The position numbers were made by a program, and so were the translations under genes. A stretch of 64,000 nt of DNA from a virus. Shown piece after piece: positions 7,792-17,871 of this stretch. Numbering within the stretch: the first letter of the stretch is position 1; every line of letters begins with the position of its first letter. The stretch lies in the UHGV virus genome UHGV-0203537; one strand, written 5' to 3'. Under the pieces are notes generated by a model that made no database searches, had not been told where the DNA came from, and saw only the letters and a program-made list of their open reading frames with translations.

Positions 7792-7820
7792 ATTATATAC
7801 GCTTTTGAACGTAAAGTCAA
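7792..7820 (-). promoter_or_regulatory. promoter toward the hicA..mazF operon
   Basis: TTGACT-17bp-TATAAT. Confidence 0.75.
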
Positions 7821-7911
7821 GTGTTTTTTCAAATTATATTCATCTTTGTTTATTATCGACAAAGATACAATTAAGAAACTATACAACAATTTACGAGGTA
7901 AACATTGAAAT

Positions 7912-8682
7912 ATGGAATACAGTGAAACCATAATACAGAAAATAGTAAACAGCGGAAAGACTAAAGCTTCCGTTGCAGCTGCTATTGGCTGTAACAAGAG
8001 CTTATTCAGTCAGTGGGAAAAGAAGCCAACTTCCAAAATAACTCTTGATATTGTAGTTAAGATTGCAAGATACCTTAACGTTACCGTTGACAACCTATTG
8101 TTTGATGAGATATCATTATCTGAGAGTGACAAAGCATTATTGAATGTCTTTCACTCGCTGCCTGATAATGAACAACAGCGCTTTATTGGCCGCTGTTCCG
8201 AAATATCCGACAGGCTCGGAGAAGCTCAGAACAAGAGGCGAAAAATCTCTATGCGCAAAATGGATGTTGCAGTTATCGCAGCAGGCGCAGGTGTTTCTTT
8301 CCCATTTACGGAAGATGATGCTTTTGAAAAAGAGTCATTTCCCATTGACGAGATTCCTGTCGGTGCGGATTGTGGAATTCCAATCGACGGAGACAGCATG
8401 GAACCTGAATATCCCAATGGCTGCATTGTTTGGGTAAATCGCAGCTGTGAGATCCGATACGGAGATGAAGTTATTGCCATAGTTGATGGCTGTCCCCTAT
8501 TTAAAATCTATCAGGAAGATGGTCTTCATTCTTATAATTCCAAATATTCGGTTATAACTACAGACCACAAGATCGAAATTTTTGGCAAAGTCATCGGGTA
8601 CTATATGAACGAAGAACCTCAGATGCTCGCTGCTCGCAGTTACAGTTTACGCAACATCTCCAAATCTACTAACAATTACTAA
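7912..8682 (+). CDS. CI-like repressor (XRE HTH plus S24 peptidase)
   Basis: N-terminal HTH, AAG cleavage site, GDSMEP catalytic Ser, LFK Lys. Confidence 0.9.
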   Translation: MEYSETIIQKIVNSGKTKASVAAAIGCNKSLFSQWEKKPTSKITLDIVVKIARYLNVTVDNLLFDEISLSESDKALLNVFHSLPDNEQQRFIGRCSEISDRLGEAQNKRRKISMRKMDVAVIAAGAGVSFPFTEDDAFEKESFPIDEIPVGADCGIPIDGDSMEPEYPNGCIVWVNRSCEIRYGDEVIAIVDGCPLFKIYQEDGLHSYNSKYSVITTDHKIEIFGKVIGYYMNEEPQMLAARSYSLRNISKSTNNY

Positions 8683-8731
8683 CGCCCCTCCTTAATAATC
8701 ACCCCGGCAGTTACAAACAATAACTGCTGAG

Positions 8732-9280
8732 GTGATTTTTTTGTATGAAAAATACAGACGGGCCAGAAATGCAGCGTGGCAATGTTTAATCAACTGCAAC
8801 ATTAAAACGCTCCCTGTCAAGTTGTCTCAGATTTGCAGTCATTACAATTCCGAAGTAATAGAAAATTCTGTTCTGCCGACTGACAGTCCTTATGTTTTGG
8901 CCGCCGAGCAGAGAGGAAAAACAGTTATCGAGAACAACAGATATTATATCATTATAAGAGACACCGAAATATACCAAGCACAACGATACACTATTGCTCA
9001 TGAGCTGGGTCATATTATCATCCCCACCGATGACGAGTATGAAGCAGAAAGATTTGCGATTGACATTCTTGCTCCTGCGTGTGTGCTTTGGGGCTGCGAC
9101 ATTCATTCGGCAAATGAGATATCTGAAATTTGTAATATATCCAAAACGGCAGCTGAAATAAGGGCAAAGAGAATGGCAGTGCTGTATCAGCGTAATACTT
9201 TTCTTAAGTCATCTTTAGAGCGCCGGGTCTATGGACAATTTGCAGATTTCATTTGGGAATATAAGCATAATCACAGTTAA
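8732..9280 (+). CDS. ImmA/IrrE family metalloprotease
   Basis: RYTIAHELGH and EAERFA motifs. Confidence 0.88.
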   Translation: MIFLYEKYRRARNAAWQCLINCNIKTLPVKLSQICSHYNSEVIENSVLPTDSPYVLAAEQRGKTVIENNRYYIIIRDTEIYQAQRYTIAHELGHIIIPTDDEYEAERFAIDILAPACVLWGCDIHSANEISEICNISKTAAEIRAKRMAVLYQRNTFLKSSLERRVYGQFADFIWEYKHNHS

Positions 9281-9606
9281 TCATATGTACCGTCGGCGCA
9301 CATTTCATCAAAGGTTTTGACGTTAAGATAAACGCCGTTCCAAGGAGTGCCAAAATGAGTCACTCCCCATACATAAAGATCAAGTTCGTCGCAATAGTAT
9401 ACAATTTCATCGGTTGCTCTTGCCAGATAATCGGCAAAACTCTGGTCGATAAGATAATACTGATAGATATCGCAAGAATAATCATCTTCTTCATCGTAAT
9501 CATTACCGCAATAAAGCTCAAGCTCAAGATTCGTGATGTTATTGCAGAGAATAAGATTTTCATTTTTAACAAGTTCAGCATAAGATATTTTTTTCATATA
9601 CGACAC
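9277..9606 (-). CDS. hypothetical phage protein
   Basis: IYQYYLI..LDLYVWGVTHFGTPW; last gene of early arm. Confidence 0.7.
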   Translation of the reverse strand: MSYMKKISYAELVKNENLILCNNITNLELELYCGNDYDEEDDYSCDIYQYYLIDQSFADYLARATDEIVYYCDELDLYVWGVTHFGTPWNGVYLNVKTFDEMCADGTYD

Positions 9607-9791
9607 TCCTCTTTTGTGTTATCAAGTTTCTGAATTGAGGTTATACAATCCACCTTAACGGACTGCATGAGTTTAACAACAGCATCGGCAGGAGAAATTG
9701 CAGTTATGGTTTCTTTGATTCCGCATTTAAACGAGGGTGCTCCACTATCAAATATGATTATATATTCATTCATCATTACTCTTCCTCCCAT
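9594..9791 (-). CDS. hypothetical protein
   Basis: Coupled small ORF. Confidence 0.55.
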   Translation of the reverse strand: MGGRVMMNEYIIIFDSGAPSFKCGIKETITAISPADAVVKLMQSVKVDCITSIQKLDNTKEECRI

Positions 9792-10057
9792 ATTAACATT
9801 TCATAGTTAGGGCAATACCTGAGATAGAATATCAGACTAAAACAGTCCGGCTCCAATTCCTGACCATCAAAACAGAATTCCTCATGCTGGATTAGTTCGT
9901 CAAGAATAGCCTCAGCATTTGTCGATATGACTGTCTCACTTGTTCGGAACATTTTGGCAAGTTCATCGAAGTAAAATATGTAATTGCCGGATGTGGTTTT
10001 TACAGTTTCTGTTTTTATCATGTAATCTGCGATTTCTCTTATAAGTTCACTACTCAT
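9776..10057 (-). CDS. hypothetical protein
   Basis: GGAGG RBS; coupled. Confidence 0.65.
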   Translation of the reverse strand: MSSELIREIADYMIKTETVKTTSGNYIFYFDELAKMFRTSETVISTNAEAILDELIQHEEFCFDGQELEPDCFSLIFYLRYCPNYEMLIWEEE

Positions 10058-10290
10058 ATTGCCGCCTCCATTTCTTTCCTGTACCTCAGCTGATCATAAG
10101 CCTCGCCTTTTGCAATCAGCTTTTCGTATTCCTGCAAATCATAACTCATCGGGCACTCTTTAGTGAATTTTAACCGGGCACCCGAAACGGAGCAAAAGTA
10201 TTCTCGATACTCCTTGCCTGTTTTGGATTTCATCATAATGGTGGAACGATTCATGCACTCGCTGCACAGTTTCATATCCATAGAAAACAT
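10054..10290 (-). CDS. small Cys-rich protein
   Basis: CxxC..C..CP pattern. Confidence 0.6.
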   Translation of the reverse strand: MFSMDMKLCSECMNRSTIMMKSKTGKEYREYFCSVSGARLKFTKECPMSYDLQEYEKLIAKGEAYDQLRYRKEMEAAI

Positions 10291-10419
10291 CTCCTTATTT
10301 AAGCATATATTTTTTAATATGTTTCGATCACGATTTTACAGTTGTCGGATCGAGAAAGTTCCTCGTTCCGAGCCGTTATCCACAGTCCATGGTGGGCTGT
10401 GCGAAATTTGGCGTGACGA

Positions 10420-10812
10420 TTATTCTTCTTTCATTTCTTCAATTACGATACCGTACTTTTCAGCAACGGCTCTGTTTATTATAATTTTCCTACCTTCGAC
10501 TTTGAGTATCTTTTCCCGGCTGAACTGTCCGACGGTAAAAACTTTTGGATCGGTTACGATAGATTCTGCATCTTCGCAAATATAATCATTGTAACGAATG
10601 TCTTGTTTTTTGATATAATATGCCGTTTGATTCTTGCTGTTATATCCGTAATAATCGTAATACTCAAAACCAGTCCAATATCCCTTTGTAAACTTGCTCC
10701 TGCAATACTCACGAAGTTCCTTATACGAGTTACAGCGATGGTCATATATTCCGGTAGGGGTTACACATCTGACCTTATATCTTGTTTTCATTTTTATTCC
10801 TCCGATTATCAT
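10420..10812 (-). CDS. hypothetical protein
   Basis: GGAGG RBS before MKTRY. Confidence 0.6.
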   Translation of the reverse strand: MIIGGIKMKTRYKVRCVTPTGIYDHRCNSYKELREYCRSKFTKGYWTGFEYYDYYGYNSKNQTAYYIKKQDIRYNDYICEDAESIVTDPKVFTVGQFSREKILKVEGRKIIINRAVAEKYGIVIEEMKEE

Positions 10813-11027
10813 TTAGTGTATCTCGTCTTCGTAGAATGGAGTGCCATCCGAATGAAGAATCTGATATACATATAAAGATACAGGTTCATTGATTTCAAAT
10901 AACCGACCATTGATGTTTGCATATATCTTTGTAAATGCTCTTCCTTCTTTTTTCTTACACATTCGTTGATAAGAGTTTCGGCTTTCTTCGCAGCTTTACT
11001 AAAATCAAAATCATATACCAGTTTCAT
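10809..11027 (-). CDS. hypothetical protein
   Basis: GGAGGAG RBS. Confidence 0.6.
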   Translation of the reverse strand: MKLVYDFDFSKAAKKAETLINECVRKKKEEHLQRYMQTSMVGYLKSMNLYLYMYIRFFIRMALHSTKTRYTK

Positions 11028-11070
11028 TTCTACTCCTCCGATTGTTGAAATTGACGTTTCGTTTTACCAG

Positions 11071-11355
11071 TCACGAATGCTTGGTAAGTTTTCGCATTCT
11101 TTTTAAGACAGAACTTATGTCTTCATCCTCGTCCCATTTACCTTTCTTTTTTAGTATTTCTCTGATGGGATCGTAATCATTTATGTATCGGTACTCCCCT
11201 AAGATAGTGTCTTGAGGAATCCCTGTTATCTCTGCGATATCCTTTGACATATGATAAGCTATCTTCTCCAGCATAGTAACATATTCATCTAATGCAAGCG
11301 AACTGCAAAAATATGTCACGCCTTTCGATTGTATTATTTGATTTTCAAGTACCAT
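11071..11355 (-). CDS. hypothetical protein
   Basis: GGAGG RBS. Confidence 0.6.
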   Translation of the reverse strand: MVLENQIIQSKGVTYFCSSLALDEYVTMLEKIAYHMSKDIAEITGIPQDTILGEYRYINDYDPIREILKKKGKWDEDEDISSVLKRMRKLTKHS

Positions 11356-11541
11356 AATTTATTCCTCCAGTTATCAGTCCAGCTTTACACAATGCGTACC
11401 ATCATCTCTGAGTTCCCAGTCGCCGATCTGGGCAATAGTATTACACGCAGCTATGTAAAATTTTATTTCGTCTAATGGATTATCAGCATAAAAACTGCTC
11501 TCCATCTCGTATCCAGATATTGAGCGAGTTTAATTTCCATT

Positions 11542-11976
11542 TCAGATTTTGTCATTATCACCACTCCTTATTTTGTTTATATTTGATATGTCGTATCCTG
11601 CAAATTCAAGAAGCTTTAATGCGCTCTCAATATAATATTTCATGTTGCTCATTGAATTACCGTATTCCTCAGAAATCTGAATGCAATATATTCCGGGATC
11701 ATAACATGTGTCATCAAGATCATAAACTTCTGATACGAGTTCAACATCCTCTTGTGTTTTTAAGTCCACCCATATATACTGAGATTCTTCATCGACCCAT
11801 ACATCATAAGGAAGTATGCCATTGGGATTGTCAATTATAAGAGAATTGACCTTTTTAAGCTTCTCTTCATAAGCAAGACACTCCTGTTCGGTTTTAAAAA
11901 TTTTGTCATCACAGGCGATATACTCGATGATCTCATCTTTTACATAACGCTTAATTTCTGTTGTTCTTGTTTTCAT
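11542..11976 (-). CDS. hypothetical protein
   Basis: YIACDDKIFKTEQECLAYE common phage motif. Confidence 0.7.
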   Translation of the reverse strand: MKTRTTEIKRYVKDEIIEYIACDDKIFKTEQECLAYEEKLKKVNSLIIDNPNGILPYDVWVDEESQYIWVDLKTQEDVELVSEVYDLDDTCYDPGIYCIQISEEYGNSMSNMKYYIESALKLLEFAGYDISNINKIRSGDNDKI

Positions 11977-11990
11977 ATTACCATCGCTCC

Positions 11991-12662
11991 TTAATCCATA
12001 TCTGCATCGTTAACTTCGATAAGCGGAATGCAAGTAATGCCCCAATCGTCTCCGCTTAAAATACAATCCTTACCGCAGCTTTCAAGAGTCTGAATATGTT
12101 CGGACGTTACAGGTTCGGTATCCAGATTATATTTTGCAATCAAGCCATTGATTATATCCGCTGCTGTTTCCGCAGTCGAACAATAATCTGTCCCCCACTC
12201 ATCATATTCTTCGAGACTCCACTCAAGCCAGTATCTATCAAGACCAAACATATCCATATCGTTTGTTTCGTATAAACAGTATCCGGGTTCTTCGGCTAAC
12301 CAGCTTACAGAAATGCGGTTATCATAATGCTTTGCGATTATTTCATACCACATTCTGACCATTGGGCACCAAGCAGTATCTGTCCAGAATTCAAAGCTGA
12401 AATTGTTGTGACAATCTTCAACTTCTCCTATATCGGTTATGCTTCCACGGCAGCGGAGACGGTCTGTTTCAGAGTCTATTTTGTCGCCAAGTCCGAAACC
12501 AATAAGTACATTGCCAAGCCAGCAGTTCCCAAAACCGGACTTACCAATGCTTGATGATGTATATTCCGTAATCTTATTGTAGATATCTGTAATATCCTGT
12601 TTGTTTCCTGTGAATACAAACTTTGTTGAACACCAATTAGGCATAATATTTTCCTCCATCAA
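11991..12662 (-). CDS. YubB/Api92-like (DUF1281-related) phage protein
   Basis: MPNWC start, TDTAWCP and AEEPG motifs. Confidence 0.6.
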   Translation of the reverse strand: MMEENIMPNWCSTKFVFTGNKQDITDIYNKITEYTSSSIGKSGFGNCWLGNVLIGFGLGDKIDSETDRLRCRGSITDIGEVEDCHNNFSFEFWTDTAWCPMVRMWYEIIAKHYDNRISVSWLAEEPGYCLYETNDMDMFGLDRYWLEWSLEEYDEWGTDYCSTAETAADIINGLIAKYNLDTEPVTSEHIQTLESCGKDCILSGDDWGITCIPLIEVNDADMD

Positions 12663-12697
12663 ACAATTATTTCATTAATCGACTTATTCCGCTTGGG

Positions 12698-13339
12698 TTA
12701 TACTTCTACTGTAAAACGGCGATTTGTGTAGCCTGCCTTTTCCCTCACTTTGTCCGGTACATTCAAGCATACTGTTAATACACCATTTTTAATGTAGTAA
12801 CTTGTATTGTCGTATTCCTGATTAAAAATCCTCTTGAAATACTCCGATAATCCCGCAACTTTTGCAATACGTTTTTCTGTCAATTCAGCATCGTATGCAA
12901 AAATGTCGCCGTAGTTATATGCTTCTGGTGTGTTGCTTTTTCCGTTATCATTAAAGACTCTATAACCTGCTAAATTGTCAAGCACTGCAATTTCATCAAA
13001 TGAGGCATTGCAATTCTTGTTGATAAAATCCTTTATGCCCTCATAGGTATAAATAAGTTTTCCGTTACGCTCACAAAGTAAACGAGACATATTGCAGTCA
13101 TCAACGCTGGGATCGTCTGTAATATAATGACAATAATCGCAAACACCTAAAACCGTGCCGACTTCATATTCAGAATAACGCTTCCATTTCTTATGGTCAA
13201 TGTTTGTAACGGTATAAGAAAGAAGTTCAATATAAATCTTCTTTCCATCGTCATTAGTGAACGCTGTACGAATACGGCAATTTGCGACTTCGCCAGCAGG
13301 TACACAGCCAGCACCCTCAAAATATAATACCTTTTTCAT
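12698..13339 (-). CDS. hypothetical protein
   Basis: LYFEGAG..NCRIRTAF; GAGG RBS. Confidence 0.7.
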   Translation of the reverse strand: MKKVLYFEGAGCVPAGEVANCRIRTAFTNDDGKKIYIELLSYTVTNIDHKKWKRYSEYEVGTVLGVCDYCHYITDDPSVDDCNMSRLLCERNGKLIYTYEGIKDFINKNCNASFDEIAVLDNLAGYRVFNDNGKSNTPEAYNYGDIFAYDAELTEKRIAKVAGLSEYFKRIFNQEYDNTSYYIKNGVLTVCLNVPDKVREKAGYTNRRFTVEV

Positions 13340-13811
13340 TGTTTTATCCTCCTATGTAATTACGCAAGCTATTTTGCAATTAGCGATAAGGTCGCCTGCA
13401 AGAGCCCATGCTGCATCTTGCGAAAACGTGGACAGCACGCACATATCGAGTCCCTTGCGGTCGATGTGCGAAAGCGCTCTTTCGTGCAGCTCTCGGTCGT
13501 TTACAAACCGTTCAAGTTTATTCGGTTTCATTTATCTCTTCTCCTTTCCAATTATTCTTATTACAGTTATCAGTTCATCGTCATACAGATAACATTCGCA
13601 GTCATCTCCATGACGGCATGATGTTGTCCCCTTGTCATCATATACAGTTATTCTTCTTCCACCTCCCAAGTATCTGTTTCTGCATCGTCAAAATAGAGAC
13701 TACAGTTATTATAAAATGATTTCTCTGCCGCTTTCACCGCTGCATCTTTATTTTCAGCTTCGATGTGAAGCGTTGTATATCCAGTTACTAAAAGTGTTAC
13801 ACTGTACTTCT

Positions 13812-14075
13812 TCATCTATAAGCCTCCTCTACTGTATATGTAATGATGTTACCGTCGGTCAGACTTATTGTTTTCAGATTCTCCCTTTCGTCGCACGTTT
13901 CATCTACGCATATGTGAAGATTACCGTATTCCAATAAGTCAAAGTCGTATGTCTTCTGCAATTCCTCAACTGCGGTATCGTAATCATCGCAGAGCTGAAC
14001 AAGAAGAATGCCGTCGTAAGCGCTACGAATAATTACAGCATAACCTATCAATTCCATTATGACTTCTCCTTTCAT
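13812..14075 (-). CDS. hypothetical protein
   Basis: Coupled ORF. Confidence 0.6.
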   Translation of the reverse strand: MKGEVIMELIGYAVIIRSAYDGILLVQLCDDYDTAVEELQKTYDFDLLEYGNLHICVDETCDERENLKTISLTDGNIITYTVEEAYR

Positions 14076-14386
14076 AATCCGTTAACGCTGTTACCATCAT
14101 CAACGCATACCTTTTCAATATGCACATTCATTTCCGCATCCCAGAAATGCTGAACGGTCTGCGTTATTTCTTCAATACTCCAATTATCAAGATGAGCAAC
14201 GTCTATAATACCATAGCCATAATCTCCGAATAGTAAACTGTATCCATCAAACTCTCTGCACGTTTTAATGCCATACCAGCCGCTTGGATCATATGGGTCA
14301 TCATCGAATGTGAAATCAACAGATGCCGTTCCTTGTTCAATAAGAGTTGCAACTTCTTTTGCGGACATAATTTTCATGCGTATCAT
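14072..14386 (-). CDS. hypothetical protein
   Basis: Coupled ORF. Confidence 0.6.
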   Translation of the reverse strand: MIRMKIMSAKEVATLIEQGTASVDFTFDDDPYDPSGWYGIKTCREFDGYSLLFGDYGYGIIDVAHLDNWSIEEITQTVQHFWDAEMNVHIEKVCVDDGNSVNGL

Positions 14387-14390
14387 CTCC

Positions 14391-14750
14391 TTACCACCAA
14401 GCTACAAATTCCAATTCTGTTTCTTCGGTTATTTCATTCAATATACTTTCGATACTATCTTGTGTTCGCACAAGTTCATCAAAATAGTATTCGTCATATG
14501 AAGTGTCACCAAAGAAGAAGCCTTCCTGTGTGGGCAACAGCTCAGGCGCTTTGCTGTTATCATCAAGAACAACATTTATATCTTCGAGCAGCTGTAAGAG
14601 GTCGCCCTTTGTTACAGGAACAGGCACACAATCTTCGATTTTGCCGTTAGCACAATGGGTTTCGAACCACTTGAATATCTGATTTGCTTTTCTCCAATAG
14701 ATAAGCTCGTCGTCTTCTCCTGCTGTGTTAAGATACATATCAAGTCCCAT
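14391..14750 (-). CDS. conserved hypothetical phage protein
   Basis: MGLDMYL..YWRKANQI..LLPTQEGFFFG. Confidence 0.75.
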   Translation of the reverse strand: MGLDMYLNTAGEDDELIYWRKANQIFKWFETHCANGKIEDCVPVPVTKGDLLQLLEDINVVLDDNSKAPELLPTQEGFFFGDTSYDEYYFDELVRTQDSIESILNEITEETELEFVAWW

Positions 14751-14770
14751 AGTTATTTTCTCCTTTCAAA

Positions 14771-15130
14771 TTATACAACAGCCCACTTAACACCGTGAAC
14801 AATATCATCAAGGGTACAGATGGGCACGTAAAGAATTTCTGCATTATACCAAGATTTAAGCTCACTTTCTTCGATAACTCTTACTTTTAAAAGTAAGTCA
14901 AAATAATCAGCTACGTCTCCAACATCATTAGCTTCACCCCACCATATCACATTGCGAAGCTGATAAGCAGCCGAAAGATATTTTACAATTCCATCACGAA
15001 ATAACGAGTAATTGTCATTGATATTAAACTCACCGCCATTATCTGCTATCTGTTCTATCAGATACTGTCCGAGACCGTTAAGCTCGGTACAAAAATCATT
15101 ATCGTGCAGAGTTATTTCAAGATACTTCAT
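14771..15130 (-). CDS. hypothetical protein
   Basis: AGGAGG RBS. Confidence 0.65.
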   Translation of the reverse strand: MKYLEITLHDNDFCTELNGLGQYLIEQIADNGGEFNINDNYSLFRDGIVKYLSAAYQLRNVIWWGEANDVGDVADYFDLLLKVRVIEESELKSWYNAEILYVPICTLDDIVHGVKWAVV

Positions 15131-15143
15131 TTGCAGTCCTCCT

Positions 15144-15545
15144 TTATGCAGTTCTTATCAGTCCGCAGAACATCGGAGCAATTCTAATGCTTCCCATATC
15201 GGAACACCATTCGTCGTCGAGATTTATAACCATTGCAATAGGATAGCCTGCTTTGATATCCTTGTTATCCATTTCCCATTCCTCTTCATACTGACTTACA
15301 AACAGCATAGAAAAGCAGCGCCCGAAATGTGTCGGGGTATAAATGGCGTGATATACAAGTGCATTGTGCTCGGCTTCAAACTTTTCGATTATCTTCTGTT
15401 CATCTTCATTCGCCCAATAAAGAGCTCCCATCTGTTTGCTGACGTTGACTGTTCCCTGTTTTAAATCTTCGATTGTGTTTTCATGAAGCTTCAGCGCCTT
15501 CATTCTCTTGATTGCTTCTGCGAGCTTCTGTTCTCTTGTTACCAT
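15144..15545 (-). CDS. hypothetical phage protein
   Basis: AGGAGG RBS; EAIKRMKAL..ALVYHAI. Confidence 0.7.
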   Translation of the reverse strand: MVTREQKLAEAIKRMKALKLHENTIEDLKQGTVNVSKQMGALYWANEDEQKIIEKFEAEHNALVYHAIYTPTHFGRCFSMLFVSQYEEEWEMDNKDIKAGYPIAMVINLDDEWCSDMGSIRIAPMFCGLIRTA

Positions 15546-15616
15546 AATAACTTCCTCCTTACTCAGTTTCGATAAGATTTACAATGAGTATAATAATTGC
15601 AATTACAAAACTCAAA

Positions 15617-15820
15617 TTACCACTCCCTTGATAGTACATCTCCATGAGGCATTCTTTTTCTTCGCCTGCAGATATCTTCGGCTATCTCCCGCATAAGCTC
15701 ATAACTGTAGTTCTCGGGACAGCTTTTTATATATTTGACAGACGACTTACAGATAGAACATCTGCCTCTTGTGTTGTAAGCACACTCAGTGCATATGCCG
15801 TTATCAAATCCTGTTTTCAA
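15617..15820 (-). CDS. small Cys-rich protein
   Basis: CxxC..C..CP pattern like 10054..10290. Confidence 0.55.
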   Translation of the reverse strand: MKTGFDNGICTECAYNTRGRCSICKSSVKYIKSCPENYSYELMREIAEDICRRRKRMPHGDVLSREW

Positions 15821-15835
15821 ATTATCACCCGCTTA

Positions 15836-16189
15836 TTACCTGACAGTCTGAGCAAAATTTGTTATCCATTCGTCGCTTACGTATCCATCAAAAATTGCTC
15901 GGGCGTAACTCATATTAAAAGCATTAAGTTCAGCGCACTGTTTGTCATTCAGATTATCGTAAATAACTTCGACTATGTTGGTTGTAATGCCATGACTTGT
16001 TTCCGTAAGAACGTCCACATGCTTTGCAATTATCCTCATTGCCTTATCCCAAGGGGTATTGTATTCGTCGTCGACAGTATCGTCCGGAAGATTATAAAGG
16101 GAAAACGGATATGAGTCGTCGTAATCCTGATACCAAACAGTTATCTCAGCCCCATAAGGCTGAGATTTAACATAATCAAACAGGGTCAT
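15836..16189 (-). CDS. hypothetical protein
   Basis: AAAGGAG RBS. Confidence 0.65.
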   Translation of the reverse strand: MTLFDYVKSQPYGAEITVWYQDYDDSYPFSLYNLPDDTVDDEYNTPWDKAMRIIAKHVDVLTETSHGITTNIVEVIYDNLNDKQCAELNAFNMSYARAIFDGYVSDEWITNFAQTVR

Positions 16190-16218
16190 ATTATCATCTC
16201 CTTTCTAAAATGCAATTA

Positions 16219-17850
16219 TCAGTCTGTTATTTTGACGCCTGTGAGCAGCTCTACATCTGATACGGAAAAAGTAGGCTTATTTTCCCATATTACATTTGCC
16301 ACACATGTATTTAAAGGGAGACGTCCATCATCAGTTGCCGCAATGATACACGAAATATCATACCCTTTGAAATTCTCCGATGTTAATTCTCTTGAAAAAT
16401 CGCCCTCAAATATTATCGCAGTATCTTTATTTGCAATAATTCTATAGACGGTACCATTGCGAGCAATTCCATATGATATGAGTGGAAGCTGTATATTTGC
16501 AAAGCTGTCTTCCGCTGTTCCGATGCGTATATCCCCAACAATATTTTCAATGTCACTTCTCGTAGCTTTCAAAGCTGTGTCTCCACCCACTATGAATTCT
16601 GTTGAGAATATAAAATCGGTATTAACGGGATTGCTCCAGTCTTCGAGAGTAATATGTCCTGCATTATCAATGGCTTTTATAGTTGCTGTTCTTCCGCAAA
16701 GGTGGTGCATGGCGGAAGTAAAACGGCATCTGGTTTTGGGTTCGCCATTATCATTTTCTCCGAAAGCTATTTTCATATCTTCGCAGTCTCTGATAGTGAC
16801 CCTATCGCCTACGGAAAATTTAGGCTTGTTGCCGTTAAGCTTTTTGATCGCCTCGATCAGACTGGTTGAGAGAGAAGGTTTATCAAGGCGGAAACTATCA
16901 TCTCTTTCCAGCAGTGCAGCGCATGAAGCGCTTGCCCACCTAAGATGTCTTGGGTCAATATTAAATCCAAAATTGAAATCCGAATTACGGGGGATTTCGT
17001 CATCGAACATTAAAAGAACAAAGTCATCATATTGTGAAATTGCTCTTCCCTTATAGTCACGATAAAGAACAATGTCGCCAAAACGATACATGTCGGCAGA
17101 GTAATCAAAACGCTCCGAACAGTGTTCAACTATTGAGAGCGGAGCACGACAAGGATTGCAGTCAGAATCAAAACCATACACATTGTCCCATGATATGCTG
17201 GTAACAAACATATCGTCAGAACCTTTCTTTTGTTTCAGCAGGCATGTCAACCTCTCAGCATCAAATTCTCGACTCAGTGTGTCTAAGCCTTTAACTTTGA
17301 CGTAGCTGTTTGAAGTTATGGGAACAACGAAATCAAGGTCGGTGATATCAACATCTGATAGATCGATATCTGTTCGGGAAATTTTAGTGAAGGTGATTTT
17401 ATCAGTTCTGATTTCTGCAATCTCACCTGTGATATCGGCGGCGTCGCCTCTGGTTATCACAACTCGCTTATCTACAAAACAGCTTGGGCAAAGTCTATAT
17501 TCCCAATTATTAACTTCAACGGTTTCGCCGTCTATATTAGCAAGAATTCTGTAACCGTCAATGGGCTTTATAATAGTGCCAAATTTGGCATTATCAGTAA
17601 GTCTTATTTTGAGCCCCGGCAGAAATTTGAGGCTAACACTATACTTCAAACCTATCTCTTCGGCTGTAATTACGTCGGTTGGGTCCATGTTAAACCACGA
17701 ATATGACCTATGTGCTTCGCTTAAAACACGGAGCACTATGAAATTACTTTCTTTTTTATACAGCGCTAACACTTCGACGGCAGTATCACGCTTGTCATAG
17801 CTGCTAAAGTTCATAGTTGCTTTATAATACCTATTAAATTTAAATTCCAT
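16219..17850 (-). CDS. multi-domain hypothetical protein with SH3/KOW-like modules
   Basis: 543 aa; FSVGDRVTI and YRFGDIV motifs. Confidence 0.7.
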   Translation of the reverse strand: MEFKFNRYYKATMNFSSYDKRDTAVEVLALYKKESNFIVLRVLSEAHRSYSWFNMDPTDVITAEEIGLKYSVSLKFLPGLKIRLTDNAKFGTIIKPIDGYRILANIDGETVEVNNWEYRLCPSCFVDKRVVITRGDAADITGEIAEIRTDKITFTKISRTDIDLSDVDITDLDFVVPITSNSYVKVKGLDTLSREFDAERLTCLLKQKKGSDDMFVTSISWDNVYGFDSDCNPCRAPLSIVEHCSERFDYSADMYRFGDIVLYRDYKGRAISQYDDFVLLMFDDEIPRNSDFNFGFNIDPRHLRWASASCAALLERDDSFRLDKPSLSTSLIEAIKKLNGNKPKFSVGDRVTIRDCEDMKIAFGENDNGEPKTRCRFTSAMHHLCGRTATIKAIDNAGHITLEDWSNPVNTDFIFSTEFIVGGDTALKATRSDIENIVGDIRIGTAEDSFANIQLPLISYGIARNGTVYRIIANKDTAIIFEGDFSRELTSENFKGYDISCIIAATDDGRLPLNTCVANVIWENKPTFSVSDVELLTGVKITD

Positions 17851-17871
17851 AACCGTATTCTCCTTTTCGAA

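Noticed and set aside
7805..7820. LexA (Cheo) box-like TGAACGTAAAGTCA
   Set aside because: The right half does not match GTTC; better explained as a -35 element.
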